Source of the DNA: an uncultured delta proteobacterium
Lineage (GTDB): Bacteria > Desulfobacterota > BSN033 > UBA1163
Reading direction: 5' to 3'
Length of the DNA stretch: 64,000 bases
Assembly (NCBI GenBank): GCA_963708295.1
Contig: CAVPSJ010000013.1
Span: 160,001 to 224,000, forward strand
Position numbers and translations under genes: made by a program. Shown in pieces: positions 41,385 to 51,304 of the stretch (positions are counted from its first letter, which is position 1; the number at the start of each line of letters is the position of its first letter). Below the pieces are notes generated by a model. It saw nothing but the letters and a program-made list of their open reading frames with translations. It did not search any database and was not told the DNA's origin.

Positions 41385-41456
41385 TCTTTAGAGGTAGCCT
41401 GAACTGATAACTGCCGATTGACTGCTAATGACTATTGACCAATGACTAAGGACTAA

Positions 41457-43523
41457 ATGATGAAAGAACTTCTTTTGGAAATCGGGGCAGAGGAGATTCC
41501 AGCAGGGTTTGTTCCGCAGGCCTTGATCGATCTGGAGAAGATCGTCCAAAAAGAACTCGAAGCAAGCCGAATCGATTTCAACGGGATAAGGACTCTGGGG
41601 ACTCCCAGACGGCTCGTCCTGGTGATCACCTCCGTGGCGGAAAAGCAGAGAGACGAAGAGACGAAGAAGATAGGCCCTTCGAAACAAGCTGCCTTTGACG
41701 CGAAGGGAAACCCCACGAAAGCAGCCATCGGTTTCGCCAAAGGTCAGTCCGTTCCTATTGAATCCCTGACCGTGGTTCAAACCGAGAAGGGCGAGTATGT
41801 CTGCGCTGTGAAGAAGGAACAAGGGAGACCGACGGTCGAGCTCCTCTCTGCATTTCTCCCCAAGTGGATACTCTCCATTCCTTTCCAGAAATCGATGCGC
41901 TGGGCGGACATTCCCATTCGATTTGCGAGGCCCATTCACTGGATATTAGCCCTCTTCGGCGGAGAAGTGGTCCCTTTCGAGGTGGGGAATATCCGAAGCG
42001 GGGATAGCACTTATGGCCATCGATTCATGCACTCCGGGCCTGTTCCCGTGAAGGATTTTCAATCCTATCTTCAAAAGACAAGAGAAGCCTTTGTGATTGT
42101 CGATCCTGCGGAGCGGAAGAAAAAGATTGAGGATGAGATGATTCGAGAGGGGGCCAGAGTGTCAGGAAGGATCATCAAAGATGAAGATCTCCTCAACGAG
42201 GTCAATTTCCTAGTGGAGTATCCGGTAGCCTTATGCGGAACGTTTGACCGCAAATTTCTTTCCCTTCCCCAGGAGATTCTCGTCCATTCGATGAAGGAAC
42301 ATCAGAGGTATTTTCCCGTATCGGATGACCATGGGAAATTGCTTTCCCATTTCGTCTGCGTCAGCAATATTGATCCAAAAAGTCGAGAGGTCGTGGTGAA
42401 GGGAAACGAGAGAGTCCTCAGGGCGAGGCTCTCGGATGCGGCTTTCTTCTTCGAAGATGATCTGAAGACTCCTCTCGACAACAGGGTAGAGCAGATGAAG
42501 AAGGTGGTTTTTCAGGCAAAGCTGGGGACTTCCTACGAGAAGATGACGCGGTTTAAACAATTGGCGTTATGGCTGACAGAAAGAATTGACCCCAAGCTGC
42601 GGGAAGCGGTTGAAAGAACCTCTCACTTATGCAAGGCCGATTTGGTGACCGGCATGGTCGGGGAGTTTCCAAAACTTCAGGGGATTGTGGGAAAGGAGTA
42701 TGCCCGCTTGTCCAATGAAAGGCCGGAGGTTTCGGAAGCGATCTATGAGCACTACCTCCCCGCTTTCGCGGGAGACCGGCTGCCCTCCGGCCCCATTGGA
42801 GATATCGTCAGCATCGCGGACAAAATGGATACCGTGGTGGGCTGCTTCGGAGTGGGTCTCGTGCCCACGGGAACGGCCGATCCTTTTGGGTTAAGACGAC
42901 AGGCGTTGGGAATCCTCCGGATTATCGTTGACAAAAAATATTCTCTTTCCCTGAAAGAGTTGATCGGAGAAAGTGAAGAACAGTTGAAAGGGAAGATGGA
43001 GCGTCCCGTTGAACGGGTAAGAGAAGAGGTTCTTGATTTCTTTCGAGTCCGTTATCAAAATGTCTTGCTGGACAGGGGAATCCCCTTTGATGTGACGGAA
43101 GCGGTGCTCTCGATTTCGTTTGATGACCTGGTGGACGTTCAGGGCAGAATCGACGCTTTGAAGAAGGCAAGAGAATGGAAGGATTTTGAATCGATTGTCA
43201 TTGCCTTTAAAAGGGCGATGAATATCTTGAAGGGGGCTCCTCCAAAAGGACAAATCGTCCCATCCCTTCTTGCCGAAGCCGCGGAGCAGAACCTCTACCA
43301 GTCTTTTCTCAACGCGAGGGAAAAGATCGGTTCCCTCCTGAATAAAAGAGACTATCCCTCTGCGCTCCTCGAAATGACCCAAATGAAGAAGCCGATCGAT
43401 GAATTCTTCGAGGGAGTCATGGTGATGGTGGAAGATGAGAAAATCCGGAATAATCGGCTTGCCCTGCTCGACGAGATCGGAAAACTCTTCCTCCGAATCG
43501 CCGACTTCTCGAAGCTCACCTGA
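41457..43523 (+). CDS. glyS: Glycine-tRNA ligase beta subunit
   Basis: LLEIGAEEIP, TPRRL, KSMRW, HQRYF, KADL.T.MVGEFP.LQG, DPFGLRR. Confidence 0.97.
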   Translation: MMKELLLEIGAEEIPAGFVPQALIDLEKIVQKELEASRIDFNGIRTLGTPRRLVLVITSVAEKQRDEETKKIGPSKQAAFDAKGNPTKAAIGFAKGQSVPIESLTVVQTEKGEYVCAVKKEQGRPTVELLSAFLPKWILSIPFQKSMRWADIPIRFARPIHWILALFGGEVVPFEVGNIRSGDSTYGHRFMHSGPVPVKDFQSYLQKTREAFVIVDPAERKKKIEDEMIREGARVSGRIIKDEDLLNEVNFLVEYPVALCGTFDRKFLSLPQEILVHSMKEHQRYFPVSDDHGKLLSHFVCVSNIDPKSREVVVKGNERVLRARLSDAAFFFEDDLKTPLDNRVEQMKKVVFQAKLGTSYEKMTRFKQLALWLTERIDPKLREAVERTSHLCKADLVTGMVGEFPKLQGIVGKEYARLSNERPEVSEAIYEHYLPAFAGDRLPSGPIGDIVSIADKMDTVVGCFGVGLVPTGTADPFGLRRQALGILRIIVDKKYSLSLKELIGESEEQLKGKMERPVERVREEVLDFFRVRYQNVLLDRGIPFDVTEAVLSISFDDLVDVQGRIDALKKAREWKDFESIVIAFKRAMNILKGAPPKGQIVPSLLAEAAEQNLYQSFLNAREKIGSLLNKRDYPSALLEMTQMKKPIDEFFEGVMVMVEDEKIRNNRLALLDEIGKLFLRIADFSKLT

Positions 43524-43836
43524 TTACCAGTTTTTCTCCCTCAATTCTCCCTTTTGGCTGCCCCCGGCAGGGAAATGACGCAAATAGGAAGGTACTCCTC
43601 CCTCCCTTTAGTAAAGGGAGGTGGGGGGGATTTGGGAAAGCTTTTTTGAGGCAACTTCCACCTACTAATCCTTACACCGAAGTGGCCATAGGGGTTATCG
43701 ATTACTAAGGAAAAGCCATGATTTCACGGAGAAGAAATGGAAACAGTTAAAACTAAATATCTGAATGTATCAATTTATCAATTCAAGATTCCGTTTAACC
43801 AGCCGCCCTTCATCTCAATGCACTAACCATAGGCTT

Positions 43837-44268
43837 TCATTTAAACTTCTTAATAATTTCCTCTTTTATCTTTTCGATGGGAATTTTCTGATCGTGGAGT
43901 TTCTTTGACAAGAGGGCCTCCTCTTGGCATATCCTTCACCCAACACCATGGTCATCGACAAAACAGTCTAAAAGATTTTCATGGCCAACAGCCTCGCAAC
44001 CGCAGAAACAGGGTAGCTGGGCCAGAATTTCAGGAATTTCCTTTGCTACCTGATAACCCTTTCGATCCTCGCCCTTAATAATGTTTGGATCAAGGGTTTT
44101 GGGTAATCCAGTCTTTGGATCGGTCATCTTTGCTTTTAAAACCTTAAAGGCTTTTGCATCATCCGTCTTTTGTGCGAAACTTTTCGACCATCCTCCGTTA
44201 ATCAATAAAAAGCTAATGGCGAGAATAGGGAATAGCAAAATTAAATAAGGTGTTTTCTTTTTCACCAT
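43837..44268 (-). CDS. Exported PCYCGC/CxCxC-motif protein, probable selenoprotein (Sec at TGA 43938-43936), 143 aa
   Basis: Signal peptide, PCFCGC..HENLLDC..HGVG-TGA-RICQEEALLSKKLHDQKIPIEKIKEEIIKKFK*; post-TGA segment is conserved with the paralog. Confidence 0.85.
43906..43929 (-). promoter_or_regulatory. Candidate bacterial SECIS hairpin
   Basis: UG-C-CAAGAGG-aggc-CCUCUUG-U-CA; loop at +17..+20 after the UGA. Confidence 0.7.
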
Positions 44269-44375
44269 AGTGGTCTCCTTCCTTTATGAGTTTCGTGGGC
44301 ATTGGCTGGAGTCTACCTGATTGTATGTTATGAAAGCAAAAGCTGTCCTATGTGTCCCGCTTTTTTCTTGGCATT

Positions 44376-44690
44376 CTATTTCTTATGGCATTTTTGGCAG
44401 TTAGCCTGTTCGCTCGATTTGAATGCCCCCTGACCATTGTGGCAGACCCCGCAGTACTTTCCCTCATTTATCTCACTCATGGTGAACTTTGTGTCTTTCT
44501 TCATCGGGAAGATCTTTGGATGGCAGTCTGCGCATTTCAATCCCTTGTCCGCATGGATTTTTCCGTCAAATATAACCTTGCCGGAGGACCCTCCTGCGAA
44601 ATCTACCGTCTTCCCGGGGGAAACAGCAAGGCCAGTCCCTGCAAACGCAACTGTAATGACTAGAGTTAGAAAAAACTGTAATGACCGCAT
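44376..44690 (-). CDS. Periplasmic triheme c7-type cytochrome
   Basis: Signal peptide, GKVIFDGKIH, three CxxCH motifs (CADCH, CGVCH, CQKCH). Confidence 0.9.
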   Translation of the reverse strand: MRSLQFFLTLVITVAFAGTGLAVSPGKTVDFAGGSSGKVIFDGKIHADKGLKCADCHPKIFPMKKDTKFTMSEINEGKYCGVCHNGQGAFKSSEQANCQKCHKK

Positions 44691-44992
44691 TCCGTGCCTC
44701 CTTTCTCAGCTCCACTCCTTTTTTATCTCTGCACCCAAACGCATTGAAACTGAGATCAACTGTTCGGATCAGTGCGAAAAAGTGAACACGATCTTCCCCC
44801 CGGCGGCCCCACTGTCATTCGACACATCGTCTCGTTATCCGAGGAGGCAACTCATTTCAAACTGCCTCCTTTTACACGACCCAACTGACCAATCGTTTTA
44901 TCTCCCAACGATCATAACTCTGACGGAGCCTTCGAACGGATCTGTAGCCAGGTTTTTTCGGACTTGCGAATATATTCGTTCGCTTCCGCACT

Positions 44993-45433
44993 CTATTTCA
45001 TCATGCCCCCTTTCATTTTCATGCCCTCATCCATCATCATCTGGCCTTCTTTCATCATCGTGTCGCCTTGCTTCATCATCATGTTTTTATCCATTTTACC
45101 TTCCTTCATCATCTTTCCGTCCTTTGTCATCATCTTTCCATTTTTCATCATCATTTCGTCTTTCATCTTTTTCCCTTCTTTCTCCATCATCTGGCCTTCT
45201 TTCATCATCATCTCGCCCTCTTTCATCATCGTGTTCTTATCCATCATGCCTTCCTTCATCATTTTACCCTTATCCATCATCATCTGCCCCTTATCCGTCA
45301 TCATGTCGCCCTGTTTCATCATCATATCCTTATCCATCATTTTTTCTGCGGCTTGTGAGAAGTTGACCCCGATGGAAAGCATCAGGACTATCGTGGAAAT
45401 AACTACCGTGGCTGATACAAATATCTTTTTCAC
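44993..45433 (-). CDS. Exported methionine-rich repeat protein
   Basis: RBS aaggagg, GTG start, signal peptide ending SQA; about 42 Met in about 119 mature residues, in repeats such as MMMKEGQ. Confidence 0.85.
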   Translation of the reverse strand: MKKIFVSATVVISTIVLMLSIGVNFSQAAEKMMDKDMMMKQGDMMTDKGQMMMDKGKMMKEGMMDKNTMMKEGEMMMKEGQMMEKEGKKMKDEMMMKNGKMMTKDGKMMKEGKMDKNMMMKQGDTMMKEGQMMMDEGMKMKGGMMK

Positions 45434-45507
45434 GGCAAGTCCTCCTTTTGTTATTTAGTAAGTCCATCTAAAATGTACCAAGAATTGTTTCATGCCCTTT
45501 CAGGTTC

Positions 45508-45702
45508 TTACTTTCGTTTCATCATATAAGCGACAACCAAAACAACGAGAATTACGATAACGATCCCGAAAACCCATCCATAGCCCATTCCCCATCCCCA
45601 ACCACCACCCATCATGCCACCACCTTGACCGCTGCTCATCTGGGCAAATGCTGAAATACTAAAACCAAACAAAACCGTTAAGACAATCATTAATCTTTTC
45701 AT
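45508..45702 (-). CDS. Small membrane protein with signal peptide and Gly/Met-rich linker
   Basis: MKRLMIV..AFA-QMSSGQGGGMMGGGWGWGMG followed by a C-terminal TM segment. Confidence 0.75.
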   Translation of the reverse strand: MKRLMIVLTVLFGFSISAFAQMSSGQGGGMMGGGWGWGMGYGWVFGIVIVILVVLVVAYMMKRK

Positions 45703-46028
45703 CTTCTTCCTCCGCAGCAAAGTTTGGTGTGAATCGAGTTGGATTGACTACGGCATCGTTGACCACCTCCTTCCTTATTATATTCCCTCTTTGTAAGTGT
45801 AGAAGATAAAATGCTTGCCGCCGAGACTCTTAGAATTGGGAACCCGAGTCTATCAGCTAAAATACCATCTCTCCGGAGAACCTGCAAGCAGAATGCCTGA
45901 TCACTGTCGTTACAGTGAATAGATTCAAAAAAAACCTCTGTCCAACAAAAAATTGCCTTCAGGAAATTTGACAATATCAAATATCGTAGGTTGGAGTAAA
46001 TTCTCAATTGAGAAAAAAGGTATAGGTG

Positions 46029-46456
46029 ATGGTTGAAAATAAAAACATCATTCAGTTTTTATACTTCTCCTGTTTGCCTTTTGCCTAACGATGATTAACA
46101 TAGAAAGTTCTAAAGCCATCGCACAGGAAACAAATCCAGACGCTTTTAAGATTATGAAGGAAAAGGCGATCAATCCAAAAACTGGATTACCGAAAACTCT
46201 TGATCCCAACCTCTTTAAAGGAAAGGCCAACGTAGCTTACCCGATAGCAAAGAAAATTCCTGAAATTCTCTCACAGATGCCTTGTTTCTGCGAATGTGAG
46301 CCTTATGGCCATGAAAATCTTTTAGATTGTTTTATTGATAGGCATGGAGCTGGGTGAATGATATGTCAAGAGGAGGCCCTCTTAACAAAACGATTACACG
46401 ATGAATATATTCCCCCTAATAAAATTAAAGAAGAAATTATAAAGAAGTTCAAATAA
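46029..46456 (+). CDS. Second PCYCGC-like probable selenoprotein (Sec at TGA 46355-46357); 1-nt indel near 46045
   Basis: PCFCEC..HENLLDC..HGAG-TGA-MICQEEALLTKRLHDEYIPPNKIKEEIIKKFK-TAA; adding one A to the A-run restores the signal peptide MVENKKHHSVFILLLF. Confidence 0.82.
46364..46387 (+). promoter_or_regulatory. Candidate bacterial SECIS hairpin
   Basis: UGU-C-AAGAGG-aggc-CCUCUU-A-ACA; same position and loop as in the paralog. Confidence 0.7.
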
Positions 46457-46612
46457 CTTCAGGGCATTCTGTTACACAAAACCAAAATACCCCTACCATA
46501 CTCAATTCCCTGAATAAAAAAGCCGTCCTGACCCCAGGTTTCGAGAAAATTCGCTCTTGGCCAGTTAAAATCTTCTCCCCCCCACGGAGTCGAGACGGCA
46601 ATTTCCACTTCC

Positions 46613-47260
46613 CTATTTGCTTCTGGGCAGAACCTCAAAGGAGTCAAGGATTGTTTTTAGATCCTGCCGGTCGTTTGATCCAGGTTTTTCCACGATCATG
46701 TAGAGTATGAAAATCTGGTATGGCTCCGAAAAGCCATAGATCCATCCCTGCTCCCGCTTCACACCCTTCAACGTGTAAGTGACGTATTTTTTTGCCGCAT
46801 ATTGAACACCCTTCAGGGATATGGCTTCTGTGGGAGCGGTCTCCACCCGGACACCTTCCTTACGCCAATCCTCCTCAATGGTGTTTGCCCCCAGACCGAC
46901 CAGGGTTTCCATTCCCTTCTGGCTGGCGACATAGCCGGGATTCGCAGGACTAAAGTCAACCTGGACGCTTGACTCGGTCACCGGATTAAAAGTATACAAC
47001 TCGGTTTGCTCCTTATCGGAGGGACTCGGCTTGTAATAGCCGAATTCCGTCAAGAAGTCCGGAAACTCTGTCGTCATCTTCCATGGAGCAGCCGCTAAAA
47101 TCTTGAAAGGATAACGGATCCCCGTAAATTGATTTCCTTCAACTTGACCGGCCGGAACTTTCAGGTTTTCCTGCATTGCCTGACGAACAGGAGGTGCTAC
47201 CGCACATCCGGCAAGGAAAAAAAGAACCAGAGACATCAGCAGAATTGTTCTCTTTCTCAT
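46613..47260 (-). CDS. Hypothetical lipoprotein
   Basis: MRKRTILLMSLVLFFLAG-C lipobox; RBS ggagg. Confidence 0.8.
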   Translation of the reverse strand: MRKRTILLMSLVLFFLAGCAVAPPVRQAMQENLKVPAGQVEGNQFTGIRYPFKILAAAPWKMTTEFPDFLTEFGYYKPSPSDKEQTELYTFNPVTESSVQVDFSPANPGYVASQKGMETLVGLGANTIEEDWRKEGVRVETAPTEAISLKGVQYAAKKYVTYTLKGVKREQGWIYGFSEPYQIFILYMIVEKPGSNDRQDLKTILDSFEVLPRSK

Positions 47261-47646
47261 ACTTACCCTCCGCAAAACTTTTCCTATGGATATCATAACA
47301 TAAATTCCAGAACAAAATGATCTTTCCTTAAGAGGTGGCGTTTCGGGCTAAAGAAGCTGTGTTATATTCCCGACAGCCAGGTTATGTAGCCACCGCATAA
47401 AAATGAGAATGTGTTACTTAACTACTTTCAGGGCCTCGTCACACGAAAGCAGAACGTCCCCGAGACCCGTCTGGCGCCGTATCGCAAAAGTAAGCCTATA
47501 TCAATACCTCAATTGAGAAAGATTGGCTTTTAACAATTAGTATTTGAAAGGTAGTACCGAAGGACGAAAGTTAAAAATCACGACTTCAGGAAGGAGGCAA
47601 TGACAAATGTTACAGTGCCTGTAAGCTTGACCACTGACTTTAACGG

Positions 47647-48049
47647 CTAAAGCCGGACAATCTTGATTTCTTTCTCCATGACCTTAAACTCAGGGTCTCC
47701 GGTGTAAAGCTCCGCTTTCTTCAGGCGTGCGAGAGCGACGGCAAAACAATCCGCGTAGGCCATCCGTCTTGTCGCCTTCACGCGTGCAACTTCACGGGTC
47801 AGCTCCTTGTTTGCCTCGACGAGGGTGATCGGTAGGGTTTGAATGATCTGCTCGATTTCTTGTGCTTTTTGGTCGCCAAACCGCCTCATCACCTGATAAT
47901 TAAACCTCTCCCCAGTTCACGATGCACATTAGGAGAGGATTAGAGGACTCAACAGCTTTATCGAAGAGGTCAATGACCTTTTCATACCCGGGGTCTTGCT
48001 CTAAATAGCAGAGAAGAGCCCAGCTATCGAGAACCTTTGCGACGGCCAA
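47647..48049 (-). CDS. vapC: VapC/PIN-domain toxin; 1-nt indel near 47900
   Basis: VLDSWALL, NWGEV, YADCFAVALA, LYTGDPEF; ORFs 47900..48112 and 47647..47892 join. Confidence 0.85.
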
Positions 48050-48284
48050 TTTTTGCCTCCTCTCGCGAGAGCTCCTCGGCCCTGGTTTCCTCCAATGCTT
48101 TGACGAGTCCACCTCTTTTTAGAATGCCACTCATCTTCTGAAAGTATTCCTTATTTAGCGGGCGAAGGATGATTTCCCCTTTTCGCTCTTCGACATAGAG
48201 TTTGGTTCCCTTCTTGATTCGCAGACGATGTCGAATCTTCGCCGGGATCACAATCTGCCCTTTGACTGTTACAGCCGTTTCCAT
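48024..48284 (-). CDS. AbrB/MazE/SpoVT-family antitoxin
   Basis: VTVKGQIVIPAKIR..L.IKKG..GEIILRP; overlaps the toxin start. Confidence 0.88.
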   Translation of the reverse strand: METAVTVKGQIVIPAKIRHRLRIKKGTKLYVEERKGEIILRPLNKEYFQKMSGILKRGGLVKALEETRAEELSREEAKIGRRKGSR

Positions 48285-48433
48285 ATAACTCTCCAATATT
48301 ACTTCACCTGGTATGTATGCCATATTTTATAAGTCAATAATAAATTAGTAATATATTATTAACTATGTACTACAATTGACACCAAGCTTCGAATTTTGTT
48401 AAGAAAATCTACAATGGCGGCGGAGAGAAAAAA

Positions 48434-49978
48434 GTGACTGAAACACTGAGCGCTCTTATTGATCAGACGGCAATCCGGGAAGGTCAAGAAGAAGCCATCC
48501 TTTTCTTAAGAAAGGGGAAGCTCGAAAGCCGGGTGACCTACTTGTCCCTTAAAAGGATTTCTGACCGGGTCGCATCCGGATTGAAGGAAATGGGGCTGGA
48601 GAGGGGGGATCGAGTCATCCTCTATATGCCCAAGAGCGCCGAGGCAGTGATGATGCATCTGGGGATCCAAAAGGCCGGAGGAGTCTCCGTGATCCTTAAC
48701 CCTGGATTTAAGAAGGACGAAATGGCTTATTTTTTGAAGGATTCCGATGCAAGGATCGTCGTTGTGGGTAAGGCGGAAGAAACCTTGATCCGATCTCTGG
48801 GTGCTGAAAGGCTAATCCTGTCGGTCGATACAGAGTCGCCTTTTTCGGAAGGGAAATTATTTCCGTCCTCTCCCCAATGGACATCCCTTCCCCGGGGAAG
48901 CCTCGACGATCCTGCCATCCTCATCTATACTTCGGGAACAACCGGCCAACCCAAAGGAGCGATCCTCACCCAGCGGAACTTGATCCAGGATGCCAGGAAT
49001 ATCATTCAGATCTGGGAGATTTCCGAGAGAGACACTCTCTGCCACGCTCTTCCGCTTTTCCACATTCACGGCTTATGTTTTGCTCTCCACACGTCATTCA
49101 TCGCAGGCGCCAAGATCGTGATGCTGAATGAGTTCTCCGGCGAGCAGGTCAATGACGTTCTCTCCCGTCAGGGAGGAGAACTGGCCTGCACGATATTCAT
49201 GGGTGTGCCGACCATGTATGTAAAGATGATGGGCGGATTAGAAAAGGAAAACCGGGATTTTAACCACATTCGACTGCTGGCTTCGGGTTCTGCCCCGCTG
49301 CCACCGAGAGAATTTGAGAGGATCAGGAAGATTTTTGGGAAGGAGCCCGTGGAGAGGGAGGGCATGTCCGAGACAGGAATGAATTTTTCTAATCCGCTCA
49401 GGGATAAGAAGAAGCCCGGTTCCATCGGCCTTCCGCTCCCTGGCGTCGAAGTCAGAATTGTGGACCCCGAAAGCTTCAAAGACTTAGGCGCGGGCGAGGT
49501 GGGAGAGATCTGGTTAAAGGGGCCTAACGTCACCCCGGGCTATTGGCGGAAGCCCCGGGAGACGGAAGCCGCCTTCGTGAACGGATGGTTTCGTACGGGC
49601 GATCTCGGCAGAAAAGACGAGGAGGGTTACTACACGATCACGGATCGTTTGAAACACATCATCATTTGCGGAGGAGAAAATATCTCACCCAAGGAGGTGG
49701 AATCCGTTCTTGACCGGCACCCGGAAATATCCGAGTCCTGTGTGGTAGGGATCCCGGATGAAAAGTGGGGGGAAAAAGTGGTGGCTGGAATCGTTTTAAG
49801 GCCCGGAGTGACACCCGCCGTTGATGAAATAAGAAAATTCTGTAAGGAACGCCTCTTAGACTGGAAATGCCCCAAAGAGTTCATATTCTTAAAAGAGCTT
49901 CCGAGAAACAGGATGGGAAAAATCTTGAAAGAGGACGTCGTCAGACAGTTTACGAAATCAAGCCGTCACCAGAGATAG
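48434..49978 (+). CDS. AMP-forming acyl-CoA synthetase (malonyl-CoA synthetase MatB-like)
   Basis: YTSGTTGQPKG, HALPLFHIHGL, FMGVPTMY, SGSAPL, GMSET, GWFRTGD. Confidence 0.88.
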   Translation: MTETLSALIDQTAIREGQEEAILFLRKGKLESRVTYLSLKRISDRVASGLKEMGLERGDRVILYMPKSAEAVMMHLGIQKAGGVSVILNPGFKKDEMAYFLKDSDARIVVVGKAEETLIRSLGAERLILSVDTESPFSEGKLFPSSPQWTSLPRGSLDDPAILIYTSGTTGQPKGAILTQRNLIQDARNIIQIWEISERDTLCHALPLFHIHGLCFALHTSFIAGAKIVMLNEFSGEQVNDVLSRQGGELACTIFMGVPTMYVKMMGGLEKENRDFNHIRLLASGSAPLPPREFERIRKIFGKEPVEREGMSETGMNFSNPLRDKKKPGSIGLPLPGVEVRIVDPESFKDLGAGEVGEIWLKGPNVTPGYWRKPRETEAAFVNGWFRTGDLGRKDEEGYYTITDRLKHIIICGGENISPKEVESVLDRHPEISESCVVGIPDEKWGEKVVAGIVLRPGVTPAVDEIRKFCKERLLDWKCPKEFIFLKELPRNRMGKILKEDVVRQFTKSSRHQR

Positions 49979-50012
49979 CCGCAGGAGCGAGAGATTGTCT
50001 GGGAGTGCTTCG

Positions 50013-50797
50013 ATGAAAGCAAGTTGGGAAGATGAATATTCGATCTCCTTTCACCAGGTGGATACGAAGAACGAGGTGTTCCTGCCGGTCCTTTGGAGTT
50101 TCATGCAGGAAACCGCCTGGCATCATGCCGATCACCTGCGTTTGGGATATTCCGATCTGATGGAGAAACAGTATATCTGGGTACTGTCCCGTTTGTCGGT
50201 TCAGATGGAGGAATATCCCCGCTGGGGAGACCGGATCCGGGTAAAGACCTGGTTGGCGGGGACAGGCCGTCTCTTTGCCCTTCGTCAATTCTCGATCGCT
50301 GATTTATCGGGCAAGATTCTGGGGACCGCCCGGAGCGCCTGGTTGGTCCTCGATCTGAAGAGCCGGAAGCCTCAGAAGATTGAGCCTTTTTTCAAACATC
50401 TCCGGCATCTGTTCGATCATCTTCCTCCCGCCGAGGAGCCTGAAAAGCTTCCAGCCCCTGTCCGGCCAACATCGGAGAAATCTTATGAAGTCCGTTACAG
50501 CGATATCGATATTCACCATCACGTCAACAACATCAATTACATTGAATGGGTTCTGGACAGTGTTCCCCTTGAGATGAACCGAACCCATCAGGTTCATACG
50601 TTCGAGATCAACTTTCTTGCCGAATCTTCCTGCGAGGATGTCCTATCGATCCAGACGGAGATCCTTCGGGAATCTCCCCCTGTTCTTCTTCACTGCGTTT
50701 CCAGGGAAGGGGGGACAAGGAGTTATGCCGTGCGAGAACAGGATGGAAAAAGGTGAACCGCCATGAGCGAGACGGAGAAGAGAAGCATCCCCAGTAA
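50013..50797 (+). CDS. Acyl-ACP thioesterase; probable indel near 50712
   Basis: QETA..H, WVLSR, YP.WGD, VRYSDID...HVNN..Y..W; shifted frame gives KELCRARTGW. Confidence 0.85.
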
Positions 50798-51232
50798 AGT
50801 CGCCTTTCCGGTCCTATTCGTCTTTGTTGGGCCCCGGCTTGTCAAAAATGGGGTAAAGTGGGAAGAACCAGTCCTTACCGTCGATACGCTCGGAGCACTG
50901 AGTCTCCCATAACGAGAGAATTACCCACCCAAGCTACCTCAGTGTAAAAGATAGAAAAATCCTTCCTCTTAAAGTCTAACCCAAGATAGCCGGAATTTTT
51001 CCATCACTGCACCGCGCCCTAAGCGGATTGCCTATAGGGCCCCCGGCCTTCAGGAGTGAGGCAGACTACGGTGCGTTGGCGGGCAGAGATGGACCCAACG
51101 AGAATCATGATCATCAAAAATGAGTCAACAGCGCAGCATAAGTGACAATTTTGGGCACAGTGGATATCTAGTGGCAATTCTTGATTGGCCAATAAATCTG
51201 TTTTTTCAGTAAGTTGCATCCTTGAACTCTGG

Positions 51233-51248
51233 TGGTACATAAATTGCA
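51233..51248 (+). promoter_or_regulatory. Sigma54 (-24/-12) promoter
   Basis: TGGTAC-ATAAA-TTGCA, about 57 nt upstream of the 51305 ORF. Confidence 0.65.
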
Positions 51249-51304
51249 TATGTAAATACTAGTAAAGTCAGGTTAAATCGCAACCAAAGGCGACGGTCAA
51301 GAGG

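Noticed and set aside
43737-43826. Short ORF METVKTKYLNVSIYQFKIPFNQPPFISMH, possibly an enolase-superfamily N-terminal relic at the island edge
   Set aside because: Too short to support by eye.
44437-45458. Long plus-strand ORFs rich in Ser, Ile/Phe or His (44437..45366, 44964..45458, 45068..45358)
   Set aside because: Antisense shadows of the Met-rich repeat gene, which has the RBS and signal peptide.
45699-46007. 102-aa minus-strand ORF between the small membrane gene and Sec paralog 2
   Set aside because: No RBS or recognisable motif; probably spurious or a degraded fragment.
47333-47396. Hairpin with ..gggctaaag..gacagccaggtt resembling the 3' half of a c-di-GMP-I riboswitch
   Set aside because: The GCAAAC / GAAA P2 region is missing and the orientation is opposite to the adjacent gene.
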